Source: Takakia lepidozioides
Lineage: Eukaryota > Plantae > Bryophyta
NCBI GenBank assembly: GCA_030704615.1
Contig: CM060733.1
Coordinates: forward strand, 49,290,001-49,354,000
DNA: 64,000 nucleotides
Direction of reading: 5' to 3'
Under the pieces are notes generated by a model. The model did not search any database, had not been told where the DNA came from, and worked only from the letters and a program-made list of their open reading frames with translations. Each line of letters begins with the position of its first letter. Within the stretch, counting starts at the first letter, position 1. Positions 1 to 13,631 of this stretch are shown in pieces. The translations under genes were made by a program, and so were the position numbers.

Positions 1-197
1 CAAAGTTGGGTACGCCCTTCATTGCCCAAATAAAGTTTAGTCTGAACATGCAAGTATTGCAGAGTCTGCACTGCTCATCACAACCCCACAATGTACCCAA
101 ATCCTACATTGATGCGCACAATCACGAAAAAAAGGTGAAATCGATATGAAGTGGCGTTCAGTCAAAATTGCCTTCAAATTGATGGTCCCCCACAACC

Positions 198-2966
198 TCA
201 TGTTCGGGTCAGTTTGAGGAACTTGGCAGACCACAGGGCCGTGCTGCCTACAGTGTCACTGAGCATCACAATGGGAGGCCTAACATCATTGTTGGGGTAT
301 GGTAGAGCAACATCTGCCCCATGTACTGATTCAACCGAGACAACATGATAATCGGCATGAACGACATAAGCCAGCCAGTCAGTCGACATGCCCAATATAT
401 GGCCCACGCCTGCCTTCCGTTTGGGTGCATTGGGGTCAAACATTGTGACCTTGTCACCAACCTGAAACTGGGACAGCCAACACCACCAATGTGTGCCCTT
501 GTCATTTGTTATGCACATGCAACAGTTATGGACAGGGAAAACGTGAGATGCCATCATATAGCCCTACAAACAAAATACGGATGTACTTCCACGAAGGAAA
601 ACTTACAACAGGTGCCGGCGCTTTGAAGCTTCCCATACGGCTCCCATCAACGTTGCTGGCAGCAAGTCTTGCGGACTTCTTCCTCATCTTCACCGCAACA
701 ATTTCCTTTGGTGGCTTCTGAATCAATAGAAACCCACACATGTACACAGAAGTCATGAACGGCCTGCAGGTATTGCATAATCGACTTGGAACAGCACAAG
801 AATATAGGAACACGAGTACTTACCTTCCGTACAACGGCCAATTTTGTTGTTGAATCAATGTTCTTCCCTGCTCCAACAATAACCACTCCTGTGCCCTTAG
901 CCCCTGCCCCTATGTCTTGGGCACTCTGTCTAAGTTCACTGCCGGTGTGATCCTCCACTACAGGCACTCCCTTCTCAATAAGGGGGGATAGGTCATCATT
1001 GGCACCATAATTAAGGCAAGGATCGTCACATGCCATGTTCTGAACTTTGTTCTCACCTGTGGCATCTTCTTCCACAATACTGCCCCCTTTCCTTTGTCCA
1101 CTGCCTCCACTGCTAGGAGGCTGCTCACCTGTACTTGTCATTTCCACAGTAGTCGCAGGTGGGACAACACCATGATCAGGGGGCAACAACTCACACACAA
1201 TGTTTGATGTTGATGGAGATTCATCCCTCGGCAGGTCCAAACCGAGCTTCGCTGCCAATGCCATGTTGAACTTGTCTGTCTTAGATACTGCAGCGGCAAA
1301 CATGGATTTCACTATCTGCAATTCCAATTTGTGCTCCATTGAGCTGGCCTCCATTGTATGTTTCCAGCCTTCCAAGCCATCAAGCTGAGAAGCCAATGCT
1401 CCAAGGCCCTGCCACAAAAAGAGTGCAAATACGATTCAATACATCTATCGCACTAGCCATGCGAGGTAATTTATTGGACAACAACACAGGAAGGCAAAAC
1501 CATAAATAATTGACAAGCACATCATTGCAACAAATGCAGGTGGGTTAGTTACTTACAGATCGGGTGGCCCCTGCTGAATCAGAACCATACCCCTTGTTGC
1601 TATTCTTGCTCCCCGAAATTTCGGATAGAAGTGGAGGACGACCACTTGTCTTAGCCTACACATGGACAGGATATGGGATATTAGTGCCATCCTCTAAGAG
1701 TAAGATACAAATGACAAGACACCTCACTACCTGAATATATTGGCAATGTCATGAGACAGGCAGATTTACCAGACATTCCTAAACGCCGCTAAGGCCACTG
1801 CGTCAGATCTCGAAGGGGCACCAACATGCCCTCGTGCATGCTTGCCATTATCACGACTCTTTTGCCATTCGGGCGTGTTCCAATGCCTCACTAATTCTGC
1901 CCAAGTCTTGTCCGCAACATAGTGGGGCTTAGGTTTGCCACGGGAGTACACTTTTCTAAACAGTTTGATGCGCTGGTATTTAATGACGCCTCCAATCTCA
2001 GTTCGAAGTTGGGCGCCAGTTATCCCAGGAGCAAGGTAAATATTCCCAATCATCTGCTAATAGTTCACCCACCTCGTCAATCAGACTTTGAGGTTGAAGA
2101 TGGATGGGCACAGAACAGTCCAGCACACGTTGGCATTGCCCTCACAGGGCTGCCAGCCAGTCATTCCGTGCATCCCCGCATGGGCCCTTTTTGCCACACG
2201 CAACTATTAATCTCTTTTGCCCAACAGCTACATTTGCACAAGACGTTTCCTTCAACCCTCTCCGTGCTACTCTCCTCGCCTTGCGCAAAAAAATGGCTTT
2301 GTCCTTGCCAGTCAAATGTTGCGCATCTGGAGTCATATTGGAATCACAGACCTCCTCTCCTCCCTCACAACCTGCAACATGGGGCCCTTCGGGCGGACAT
2401 GAACCCTGCCACGCACCAACATGGGGTGTGGGGTGGGCAGGAACATAACCTGTGCTCGGAGCTGGTGAGCTTGGGAATTGAAGAGGCCACGAAGCGTTGC
2501 AATTGGGTGAAGCTATGGGCTGCCTGGAATAAGGGCCATGCAACGACGCACTATACATGGGGCTTCTGGGATACGTTGCCTGGGGAGGATGCGCAGGTGG
2601 GGGAGGGTTGGGATGAGGGTACCACACACCTTTGTGGTAGTGCCCATGCTAAACAGGAGCATGTTGTGCTTCCCCTGTTTGCGGAAATGCCCCACACGGA
2701 ACTGCACATGACCGGTTCTCCCCTGACGGGAAGTTTGCATTGTACGACTGAGAAAAGGGCGGGTGAATTTCAGGGGCGGCTGGAACATGAGCAGTCTGTT
2801 GTTCATACTGTGCATACCTCTGAATGCCAGGGGGATAAAATGCACCAGTGTTACGTGGAAAGGAGGGAGGGCCTCCTCCATCCGGGGTTGGTTGAAGACG
2901 TGGGGAGGGATGGTTGAAGACACCTGCAGGAGCAACTCCCTTCTTCTTTCTCACTGGATCGTGCAA
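198..2966 (-). pseudogene. CACTA/En-Spm TnpA-like gene remnant (multi-exon, disrupted)
   Basis: ORF 1766-2053 has KPHYVADKTWAELVRHWNTPEWQKSRDNGKHAR, resembling Ptta/En-Spm Transposase_24. ORF 198-557 has VVSVESVHGADVALPYPNN...LSDTVGSTALW, resembling the Tnp1/En-Spm C-terminal domain. The Pro-rich N-terminal part is broken by stops and a frameshift. No TIR found in the window. Confidence 0.65.
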
Positions 2967-3560
2967 ATCAACATGTGGGAAAGAGTTATGTAGGAAGATA
3001 AAGCATGAACATCATGTAGGATACATCAACAAAAAATGCGCTCTATAATATACATACACTGAATGGTCCCTTGTAGGCACAATCTGGCCCCGATGACCAT
3101 CGTACATATCAATGAGAGTACAATATGATAATGGCTGATAATGGCTTCACATATTATCAACATTTGACAATAGAGGGGGCAGGAAGATGGGGGAGGAAGA
3201 GTCGTGAGCGCCCCCTCTCGGACATGGCTGGCTGATGAGGCGGTTACCATCGTGCTCCTGGGGGTTCCTCCTCTCCCACTACAATTTCTTTCTTGTTGCA
3301 ACATGACACCACAATATGCAGCCCCCTACCTGTGCAGGTCCCTTCCTCCCACAACCCCCTTTGTGCTTTTTGGGTATTAAGACAGGCCATCACAAGTTTG
3401 AACCTCCTGTGAGGGAATCAGCAATCTGCAGAGTTGCATTTCTCATGGCACAAAATGGAAAAATGTATAGAAGACTTTAATAACAGATTTGGGTTCCAAG
3501 GAATAGACAGTAGATAAACCCTTGTATCATGAGGTATAGAGGGCAAGAAAGTGGTGCTTC

Positions 3561-4510
3561 TGTTAGAGGACTGTCTGGGACTTAGGCACTTTTACGGGAT
3601 CTGTGGGGTACCCTTAATTTTTGCACAGACTGAGACCAACAGGAGCCTTAGGGGTGACAACAGCGCACTTTAGGGGGGGGGGTTACACAGCCTGTCACAG
3701 CCGCCACAGCCAGACACAATCGTCACAGCCAATCACAGCCAAACACAGCCCGTCACAGCCCGACACAGCCCGACACAGTTGCACAGCCAGTCACAGCCCG
3801 TCACAGTTTCACACAGCCAGTCACAGCTTGACACAGCTGTCACGACCATAGGGAACGGATAGCAGGACAGGGAACGACTGTGGGGAACAACAACTGCGAA
3901 AGGAACATGTTAGTTCACAGATGACGGTTAGTGAGGGAAACGGTTAGAACAACGGGTAGGATGATAAAGCCAGGAGCGAGGACTGGAAAAGGATCACTTC
4001 TTGGGGAATCACTGCTGGAAGGACTTCGGGGGGGGGGGGGGGGGGGGGATGAGAACTTGGAAATGAAGCGGAGAGCGCATCTCTGAGCAGAAAGAGGGAG
4101 AGCACGGAGTAGGAGGAGAACGATCTGTTGATACTTGCTGAATGCAAGAAGTAGAGTTGTAATGTAGAACAGAATAGAGATACCATGGCTTCAGCCTGAT
4201 ACTTGATAGATATTAATCTGATACATACTTCATACTCACACTGTGTAGAGAGACCTGAGTGAAGCTGTGGAATGAATGGATGGAACTTGATAGATTTTTG
4301 AAGCAGACTGATACTTAATTGCAGATAGTAAGGTAACTCGCTAACATGAATGCGGGAAGGAGTACAAATAGGAAACACCCCATGATACACTAGCTGTAGG
4401 TCATGACTGATTGTTCTGAGCGGGCTGAGTGCTTAGAGATTTCCAACTCTTCTATCTTGGAGTTCCCGCCTCGGATAGCGAAGGGATGGGTGAGTAAAAG
4501 CCGCGCGACA
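3561..4510 (+). repeat. 5' LTR of A1 (950 bp) with (CACAGCC)-type minisatellite at ~3685-3845
   Basis: TG...CA ends; homologous to 6757-9992 (-), 20947-34115 (-) and 35588-36559 (+). Confidence 0.93.
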
Positions 4511-5005
4511 TTTGGCGACCATACTGGGGAACTGGGTCATGAACAACCAGATGTGACAGGCATCTGGTGGGATCACGGTGGTTGGAGAATTAAAGAATTT
4601 GATGTGAATCAAATTCCTTGTGAAACTGAAAAGGAAAGATTGTCCAAACGATTCTTTCAGAGGTTATTGGAATTGCCAGACGGTTGTAAAGAAAACATTC
4701 TTAAGAGAGTGCATGATGCTGACCCTGAGTGGGGTCTGGAGAAAGGAGTGATAAAGATTTATCAGGTGGCCTGTAGAGGAAGAGCACGTTGGTTACCAAC
4801 ACTGGTTTATGTGATAGCATTGCTATCCATTAAGCGAGTAGAGTTTGAAGGCTGGGAGGAAAGAAAGGTGAATGTTTATACTCATATGCATGAAGAGCTT
4901 GTACTGATAAAGAATTCCAAAGGATATTTTGTGGATCAAACTCACACAAAAAACAGCTTTCCAGACTTGTTTGCCATATGGTTATATGGTAACGGAGACT
5001 TCTAG
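4403..5005 (+). CDS. Extra 5' ORF of family A, unknown function (starts in LTR, spans PBS)
   Basis: 200-aa ORF. The equivalent is 231 aa in A3 (36452-37147) and fragmented in A2. It ends shortly before the gag ATG. Confidence 0.55.
   Translation: MTDCSERAECLEISNSSILEFPPRIAKGWVSKSRATFGDHTGELGHEQPDVTGIWWDHGGWRIKEFDVNQIPCETEKERLSKRFFQRLLELPDGCKENILKRVHDADPEWGLEKGVIKIYQVACRGRARWLPTLVYVIALLSIKRVEFEGWEERKVNVYTHMHEELVLIKNSKGYFVDQTHTKNSFPDLFAIWLYGNGDF
4513..4530 (+). promoter_or_regulatory. Primer-binding site of family A (tRNA-Arg-like)
   Basis: TGGCGACCATACTGGGGA lies 2 nt after the LTR end. Identical copies at 36562-36579 (+) and 20927-20944 (-). Resembles the tRNA-Arg PBS of Tat/Ogre-type elements. 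Confidence 0.8.
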
Positions 5006-5098
5006 TATAGCCAAGGGTGCATCAAGGCATATACGAGAGATATTACAGAAGAGAGTTTTGGTTATTGCCACATTAAAAAGAAATGAAAGACATGGGAC

Positions 5099-6756
5099 AT
5101 GAGTGATGAAAGAGAAGCTAGACTCTAGAGATATTCAGCAAAAAGAGAAAGCTATCTGAAAGCTAATTATCCATATCTTTGGGAGAGAGGAATAGACATA
5201 GGGGAATCATCTGGACCTCTCACACCAGTAAGATCAGGGAGTACATCACCCATACCGGAAGAACTAGAGTTGGATGCCACTCCTTCTTTTTCTTTGCAAG
5301 AAAGATTAAGGGAATTGGTACGGGAAGAAGATCAATCACGAGGTGAAAGATCTGAGGTACATCCCTGGATAAAAGATTTGACAGAATTCTTTGATAAGAG
5401 TTGGCATGGAACACCAAAAGCAGGAACTCCAGCTTCTGAAGTGGAGGCTGAAGAAGGAGGAGAGGATGTGGCAGAGCCAACGGAGAGTTCAGACTCTCCA
5501 ACACCATTGCAGTTGAGTTACATGAGTGAAGAAGGGCAGAACTTGGAGGATGAAAATAGAGAGAAGAAATTGGAAGATGAAGAGTATGAAGAAGTAGACC
5601 CAACAGCTGAGGTTGAGACTACAACCAGGACATCCCAACCCGTTGGACCTAGATCAAGTGGAGCACCTGGATCACACGCCAACGAAGGTGTCGGCTCAAG
5701 GGGATCAGGCGGGCTGCCTGGATCTGGCTCTGGGAGGACAGGGAGTGTGGGAAGTAGTGCAACTGGAGCTGGGAATACTGTGAATATCGTGGGGCCAGTA
5801 GCAAGGAGTGCTCAAGGGCCACCACTTGGTGGAAGATCCACCACAACAACAACAGGTCCTGAAGGACCAACACCAGCAAGGGTGCCAGCACCTGTCAGTG
5901 GGCAGAAGGTAGGGCCACAGATGGCGTTACAACCAACACGAGCAAAACCACCTTTTCCAATATATTCAGGAAAAGGGGATCCCGATGTACACATTAGCCA
6001 ATTTGAGCACATGTGTATAGTGAACAATGAGAATGGCGATGATGCCAAGATGAGATTGTTTCATTGTTCACTTATCAAGAAAGCAAGTGAATGGTATGCA
6101 ATATTCCCTGATAATCATTTCCTAACCTGGAATGGCTTGAATACAGCATTCCAAAATAGATTCAGGACAAGTAAAACTGAGGATGAAGTGTATGGAAGTT
6201 TACAACAGTTAAAGCAAAAGAAGCATGAAACTGTTGAGGAGTATATGGAAAAGATGGAATTGATGATGAAAAAGCTGGCTGCTGTACCAGCACCAGGTTT
6301 ACAGAAGACTTGGTTTGTGAGTGGACTAAGACCAGAGTTGCAAAAGAAAGTGGATATGTTACCCCATAATACAGTGGAGGAGGCATTTGAAACTGCAAAC
6401 AGAATTGAGCAATTGGGAATGCTCAGGAGAGAAAAAAGGGATGATGAGGACTCTGAGGATGAGTCAGATGAAGAAGAAGAGCAAGAACTAAAAAGGAAGA
6501 GTAAGAGAAAGGAGAAGTTGAAGAGGGATAACTATGAGAAAAGATTAGAAGAAATCATGAAGAAGTATGCCACAAAGGCTGCAACACATTGGAGGAAGGG
6601 TGTATGGTGTGCAAAGTGCCAGAATGAAGGCCATACCACCACAGAATGCCACATGAAGGAGAAACACTGTACTATCTGTAAAATGGATAACCATTATACT
6701 GAGAATTGTTACTACAACAGAAGGACAGCTGCAAGAGAACCTAGGCAAGTAAGGGT
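5099..6756 (+). pseudogene. gag: A1 gag, N-terminal part (capsid domain, two CCHC knuckles)
   Basis: FPIYSGKGDPDVHISQF...ASEWY...TWNGLNTAFQNRF capsid motif; knuckles CAKCQNEGHTTTEC and CTICKMDNHYTENC. Early TAG near 5126; cut by A2. Confidence 0.9.
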
Positions 6757-9700
6757 TGTCGCGCGACTTTTACTCACCTATCCCTTCGCTATCCGAGGCG
6801 GAAACTCCAAGATAGAAGAGTTGGAAATCTCTAAGTACTCAGCCCGCTCAGAACAATCAGTCATGTCCTACAGCTAGTGTATCATGGGGGTGTTTCCTAT
6901 TTGTTTTCCTTCCTGCATTCATGTTAGCTAGTTACCTTACTGCTGGTAATTAAGTATCACTTTGCTTCATCAATTTATCGGATTCCATCAACTCATCCAT
7001 TCATTCCACAGCTTCACTCAGATCTCTCTACACAGTGTGAGTGTAGTGTGAAAAGCAGGGGCGTGAATCCCCTTCTGGTTAATCCTAAAGCTGTGGTCCT
7101 CCCCTCCCCCCAGTTGATTGTCCAAGGAAGGGAAAGGAGCGTTCTTTCTCTGTCCAACCATCGTCACACGGCTATATGGGTTTTCCTTCAGGTTCGTTCG
7201 TGATTAGAGTTTACGGAATCCTCATCCACGCCGCAGCGGAAGAGAAGACATGGATGGGGAGTTTTTGAATTGTTCTTGCTCTCGGTTCTACTTCTATACA
7301 ATAGCCTGGCCCTATGATCACGGCGCCAACAGTGTTGGCGTGATCTTTTCTGTGATGCAAGCAGCCCAATGGCAGCGGTAAACATGACCCTTTATGTGAA
7401 GCCCCCTTGAGCAGTGACACGTCGGAAATCCCCTTTTGTAATGGTGACACAGATTTAGGAGAAGGCAGCTCAAATCTTCTTGAACTGCAGAGGCACTGGT
7501 TTCTTTCAGGGTTCAGGTTTTCTTCATCTCATCTCCCCAAATTGGCCATCCCCCCCCCCATCAGCCCTTTTGCTGAGCAGCTCTCTCATTTCCCAAATCC
7601 CCTTTTCTCTCTCTCTCTCTCTTTTCCCTTTTTCGTCTGTTTCTCTATCTCTGTCTATGTCTACAGGCTCCTCACTTCTTCACAGCATCACATCTATCAT
7701 GTAATGCAAATGCACACTCTGCCAAGCATCCAGTGCAGCCAACCTTGGTCTCTCAAGACACAACCATCCCATTCATCAGTCTCTCTTTCCCTCTCTCCCT
7801 CTTGTCCCTTTTTCTCTGTTTCTCTCTCTCTCTCTGTCAATGTTCAGCCCTTCACACTACCTTTTTCCAAAGAACCCATTGCCCAAACAGCTCTTATCCC
7901 TTCTTTAGGTTTCAACCAAATACCCCAACATCCCTCTTTTCCCTTCAACTGTGAAACGCAGTTGTTCATATCCAAACACCATACTGAAATCACCTTATCC
8001 TTTCTATGTTTTCAACAGTTCCAGCTAACCCTCATTTGATCTCTCCAAGCAAACAAGCTAGATCTACATTGGTTCCAGTGCATCACTACCCACGGCAGCA
8101 TTGTGTGCAGGTTTATAACACTGAAACAAGATGCAAGAATGAAGACAACAGTGACCATTCTGATTTCAGTGACAAACAGTCTCTCTCTCTCTCTCTTCAC
8201 TCATTTCTCTTACTGACACCACAACATCAGGTGCATCCATCCTTTCCATGTTCTGGTTTGAAGTCCAGAGTCTCCATTCCATTTCCAAAAAGCTTTCCTC
8301 TATCACATGGCTCCACCTTTTCTCTTCTACCAAGATGCAATCCTAAATCTACCAAAAGCAATTTCTAAGTTTCTCCCCCAAAAGAAGCCCCCAGTCTACA
8401 GACTTATCTGTTTTTATCCTCTAGTGAAGCGGTGGGTTTGCCTGTCAAGGTGGCACCTCGCCATTGCCTGTCAGCAGCCACTTCAACCTTTTCTCCTTGT
8501 CTTGATTCCAGTCTTTATCATGCCATGATGGCTCCTCTTCATCCCTTGGAACATCCTGTGGCTTGCCAACTAAATTACTCTATGCAATTCTTTCTTACGA
8601 ATTGACCTGGTCCTATAACAAGAAGACACAAAAGCAGCTAGAAGCTTGATGACAGAGAACCTGAGATGCTATACAGCCAGCACTTCACATGCCTCATCCC
8701 CTCCATTGATTGTGCCCACAACTCACTTCCTTGTGCTTCCGGCAGCTAGCCGTTTTCCTTGCTTGCTCATCTGCCCATAACTGTTTTCTTCAAGGCAATG
8801 GCGACAGCGGTGGTGCGCCGCTCTTCTTAAATGCTCCTACTCCAGGAATTGATCATCACTACGAGAGAAGCGGCACCGCTTTCCCTTACACAGAATACCA
8901 AGCAGAAGCACTTAATGCCGCTCTCAAAACCAAGCAGAGTCCCACAACGTAGGTACACCTCCCAACAACAGGCTGCCCTGCCAACACCACTGCTCGCAGC
9001 AGCTGCTACGAGTCACCCGTCATCTTCCTCTTTGTTTTCCTCAACCCGTGATTTTAGGTTAAGCACCAGTGATGAAAACGTTCATCGCGTGGATGAAAAT
9101 ACGCACTGTCATGACTTAGCCATTTTTTCTCCTGGCAAAGCATAAGCTTAGTGTGCCCATGAAATTACCTATATGAAGGGATATATCCCTCCTGCAGTTG
9201 TACAACGGGCACTCCCGTTGTAGTGATGCAGGGTCTTAACGGTAAGACAAAATGTAATGTCACTCCCCTGCATTCACACTACAGAGTATGAAGTGTGTAT
9301 CAGATTAATATCTATCAAGTATCAGGCTGAAGCCATGGAGTCTCTAATCTGCTCTACATTACAATTCTACTGCCTGCATTCATTAAGCATCAACAGATCC
9401 TCCTCCTACTCTGTGCTCTCCATCTTTCTGCTCAGAGATACGCTCTCTCCTCCTTTCCCCCAGTGATGTCCGAAGTCTTCCCCAAGAAGTGCTCCTCCCC
9501 CTCCTTCTAGCAGTGATTCCCCCCCCCAAGTGCTCCAAGAATCATCCCCCTTTCAGTCCTTGCTCCTCGCTTTATCTTCCTACCCGTTGTTCTAACCGTT
9601 TCCCTCACTAACCGTCGTCCGTGAACTAACATGTTCCATTCGCAGGCGTTGTTCCCCACAGTCGTTCCATGTCCTGCTATCCGTTCCCTATGGTCGTGAC

Positions 9701-9992
9701 AGCTGTGTCAAGCTGTGACTGGTTGTGTGAAACTGTGACCGGCTGTGACTGGCTGTGTCGGGCTGTGACTGGCTGTGCGACTGTGTTTGGCTGTGTTGGG
9801 TTGTGACTGGCTGTGTGGCTGTGTCGGCTGTGACGGGCTGCGATGGGCTGTGTCGGGCTGTGACGAGCTGTGTAACCCCCCCTAAAGTGCGCTGCTGTCA
9901 CCCCTAAGGCTCCTGTTGGTCTCAGTCTGTGCAAAAATTAAGGGTACCCCACAGATCCCGTATAAGTGTCTAAGTCCCACAGTCCTCTAACA
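6757..9992 (-). repeat. 3' LTR of A2, split by solo LTR B1
   Basis: Reverse complement of the A LTR; continuous across the 7042-9283 insertion. Confidence 0.92.
7042..9283 (-). mobile_element. Solo LTR of family B (B1, ~2.24 kb)
   Basis: Ends TGTAGTGTGAA...TTCACACTACA (11-bp inverted). Nearly identical to B2 LTR sequence (21865-23686 plus 29529-29928). GAG(T) duplicated at the flanks. Orientation inferred from which end abuts the PBS in B2. Confidence 0.88.
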
Positions 9993-9995
9993 TTA

Positions 9996-10008
9996 CCCCT
10001 CCCCTCTC
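9996..10008 (-). promoter_or_regulatory. Polypurine tract of A2
   Basis: GAGAGGGGAGGGG followed by TAA and then the TG of the 3' LTR. Confidence 0.9.
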
Positions 10009-10029
10009 AAAAAGCCGTGTCCTCACGGT

Positions 10030-13000
10030 TTACTGATTGGGATTAGCAAACCTTTGTGAGCGAGCACCTTTCTGACGTTGAGAGTTTCGTGAAGGACTGT
10101 GTACGAGCCCGAGGTCTGTCACTGGTTGACGGAGATGATTGAACACTACCTGGATATGTGAGGCCCTCTGGAGGCTGATATCGAGGTAACTTTCAGGCAT
10201 AGGAGACCCCCGTCGCTTCTTTTCTGCCATCTGAATGCATAGTCTTCTCCCATGTCAAAAAGTCCGCTGAAGAAACAGTTGTATCAGAATCCTCATCGCT
10301 CAGGTGTTTTAATTGTCGAACTTTTTGTGGAATCCTCTGGGGCATACAATGTTGTCCTACCATGTCTGGAAGTTTATATTTTAAAACTTGTTGTAAACGC
10401 TGAATGGCAAAATTGGTGAAGACCCTGAGCTCCTTGTCTGTCCAGGTGAGTGGGGTACCAATGACTTGTGAATTGTGCAAGTATTTCCATGCCACATGTC
10501 CCTTATAGAAAATATCATCAATGCCGAATTTCTGTGTTGACAAATTGTTCCAGGCCGCATGAAACCATGAACGAATTTGAGAATCCTTTTGTATCATAAC
10601 TTTTGCCTCATATAGGTACATATGAGGTGGCACTGAAGGTAAGACCCAATGATCCCCACTGGAATAACTCAGAAAGCGTTTGCATCTTGTGCTGCTCAAT
10701 GTGATAACGTACCAGAAAACAAGCAGCGTAGTAAACCCGCATCCCATGACAATACTTGCTACCTCCTTGGTCTTGGTATAAATGAATCCATGTACAACTT
10801 GGAAAGCAATTAATTCCTTCAACATGGTACCTGCCTCATGCCAGTACTGTGCAAAGTGATGATCCTCAATTGGTCGATTGTTCGGAAGAACTTTAGTCCT
10901 AGTTGCCACTGGCAGCCAATGCGCATGATTTGATAGTAATGTGCCAATGACTGCGGAGGACTAAATTCTTTCCAAACCAAATCCAACACAATGGGAATTT
11001 GGTTGAAGGGCATAATCATAGCCCTACTGTACTCCCTTGCAGCTGGAGTTTTAGGTGGGTTAAAAGCAGCATTGCCCCATACCTCAGGCTGTGGTGGCTG
11101 TGGTGTGGCTGTAGTAACAACAGGGTCAGCTACTGGCACAGTGACTTGTTGTGGTGTTGGTGGCACTGGCTCTTGTACATTGGCATCTCCTGCACCTCCT
11201 GTGAAGAAGACTGAAAAGCCAAAGTTCTGGCTTGTAAATAAGAAGCCATTAGCTGTTCCTCAGGTATATAGACTCTTTGTCGATATTGAAGTTAGGTCCT
11301 CCACTTGAGTCTGCAGTCCGTCTACATCCTCCTGTAACTCCGCTATCCTACTATAGACATTGTATAGTAGTTGTGGCAATGTTCTGCACTTGCAGTCTGA
11401 GCTCATTCATCTCGCTTTGGGTGAGCTTTCGTGGTGCTTTGCCCTCCACTGGCCCTTGTGCTAACCAGACCTGCATAAGGTGGTTATCCACCAAGTTGCT
11501 TGTGGTTCCCTGAGAGTGTGCTCCTCTCTGAGTTTGTACACATCTAACTGCTGTTGTAAAGCCTCCATGCGCTTCGCATGAGGTTCAACCAAATTCGCAT
11601 AGCAGCAAGCAGATTATTGGCTTCCTTCCAAGCCTTGTTAGTGACCGAGATTTCATTTCTATTGGCCATGACCGTTTGTTGCAACTCAGGATGTGCCTCT
11701 CTTGGTCAGCTTCAACCTGCCTGTATTGCTTGAAAGTATCCTCATTGCGACAGATTGTATTCTTCATATCGACAATGAGTTTCATTTGCTCAACATTCTC
11801 TTCCTCTGCCTTCGTACATTTTTCCGCTTGACTGTTTATTTCTTTTGTAGATTGGTCAAGCATAGTTGTGAGTGTAGCACATTGTATGGCCATCCTGTCA
11901 TGCACTGTCTGCAACTCCATATGTAGTGCATTCACTTCTTGCAACTTGCTTTCATGCTTCACCTGCATTTGGTATAGCTGTTGCTTATGTGCTTCGTGCA
12001 AGTGGTCTTGTGCGAGGCCTGCCTCAATCAATTGTTCCTTGGCCAATTGCAAAGCCGCTTCTGTACTCTCCAAGTCTTGCTGCATTTTGAGAGTGACCTC
12101 TTCATCGACCTTGTTTGCACACTCTGTGGCAAGTCGAGCCTCAAACTCTTTTCCTGAGTTCCTCTCAAAGCTGCCAATTGAGTAGTGGGAACATGGGATT
12201 TGACATAAGTACCCAACAAATTTGTCCTGCTTATGGAACTCATAAGCATGCCCATCCATGGGGTGTGTGATGCCTGAACCATTCAGGCCATTGCCCCACC
12301 AACAGGTGTGTGTAGCCGCAGGTTTCCACAACCGTTGCACCTCCGGAATCACTGTGTCCTTGACCATACCAGAATATTCATAGAGAAGGTCCCCCTTCTC
12401 AATTTCTGCCACCACCTGTTCTGTAGTGGGAATATCTAACCCTTCTTTTTCTAAAAATCAATTATTTCTGGTTGAACTGCATGGACAACTTGTGGTAACC
12501 TTTGACAAGCCGATCCTCTGGCTGTGATGGCTGTGATACTGAAGTAACTTCCTCTTCCCTCTCTGAAGGTCCTGCTTCCAGTAATAGCAGTTCTCTGTGC
12601 TGCTGTGCCCCTTCCTGCACAAAAACTTGGGAAACATTATCATGCGGATTCCGTGAAGCCAGTGGATCCGCACTACAGTCTTTCCCCGCCTCTGTCTCTC
12701 TGGGTTGCCCTGCCAGTCCACCCTCACTGTGTGAAGAGCCTGCTCTTCCATTGCAGTGGTTTTGGCTCAAACACTCCCATCTCCTTTCTTTCTCGCAAGT
12801 ATGCCAGAATCAAGAATTATTTGAGCAATGATTGGGCCAGACACTATGATAGGAGACTTTGCGGCAGTACCCTGTAATCTTTTCATCTCCTCTACCAGTG
12901 CGTTGTACATTATGTCCGCCCATTCTACCTCTCCTCTCAGGGCTTTGAGTATTTCCTCTGTGAAGGATCTGCTCAAATACTGTTGGTTCTGTTTCATGGC

Positions 13001-13631
13001 AAACAGAACGTTCAATACCTGGCCTACCTCCTTTAGCCCTGGGTACACGGCCTTGGTACAAGCATAACCCTGAGTTTTAAAGAAACTCCCTTCTTGGAAT
13101 AAGTCCCCTATTTGCAGTCTTGCCCTGTGCTCCTCCACATGCACCTGACCTGCTGGCAATCGAAACAATTGCTGGGTATAGGGGAGTAATTACTAATTCA
13201 ACTCCCTTCACCGTTGTTGCTCCTGTCCTTGGCTCAAAGTTCTGCAAGAATTGTAACATGTACTGTCTATGGTGCAATGTCCAATCTTTGCTTTGCAATC
13301 CTTGCAATCTCAGCTCCTTCAGTATCTGTATCGCCTGTGGGGTAGCAATCGTTTTTTTTCTGCAGAATTGTGGTGCTCTTCACCCTGATTTCCTCCATTC
13401 CTCTCACTCTCTTCATTCTAGACCCACAGAAATGTTTTGGCTGTAACAATTGAAGAAATGCCTGTAGTGCACAAAGCATAAACGTATGGTTGCCACAAAA
13501 AGCTATGGGTAATTTCTTGTAAGCCTGCGGGGCTTGCAAGCATCGATCAAGAGAAAAGATCCGCTCTGTTGTTTTTCCCTATGCCACTGCGTAAGTAATA
13601 TTGCGAGCGTATAGTCTGTTAGTTCCTCCAT
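10030..13631 (-). pseudogene. Large extra 3' ORF of family A (~1100-1200 aa when frameshifts are bridged), env-like position
   Basis: Chain of same-strand ORFs (13539-13267, 13168-12767, 12770-12462, 12415-11585, 11166-10819, 10909-10193, 10230-10030) ending just before the PPT. It has an N-terminal globular domain, a long coiled coil, a Pro/Thr linker and a C-terminal domain with a hydrophobic stretch. Confidence 0.75.

Noticed and set aside
1922-2917. 331-aa plus-strand ORF
   Set aside because: Antisense shadow of the Pro-rich TnpA-like coding region; no recognisable motifs.
7407-9145. ORFs within the B LTR
   Set aside because: CT-microsatellite-rich, low complexity, and frames differ between B1 and B2.
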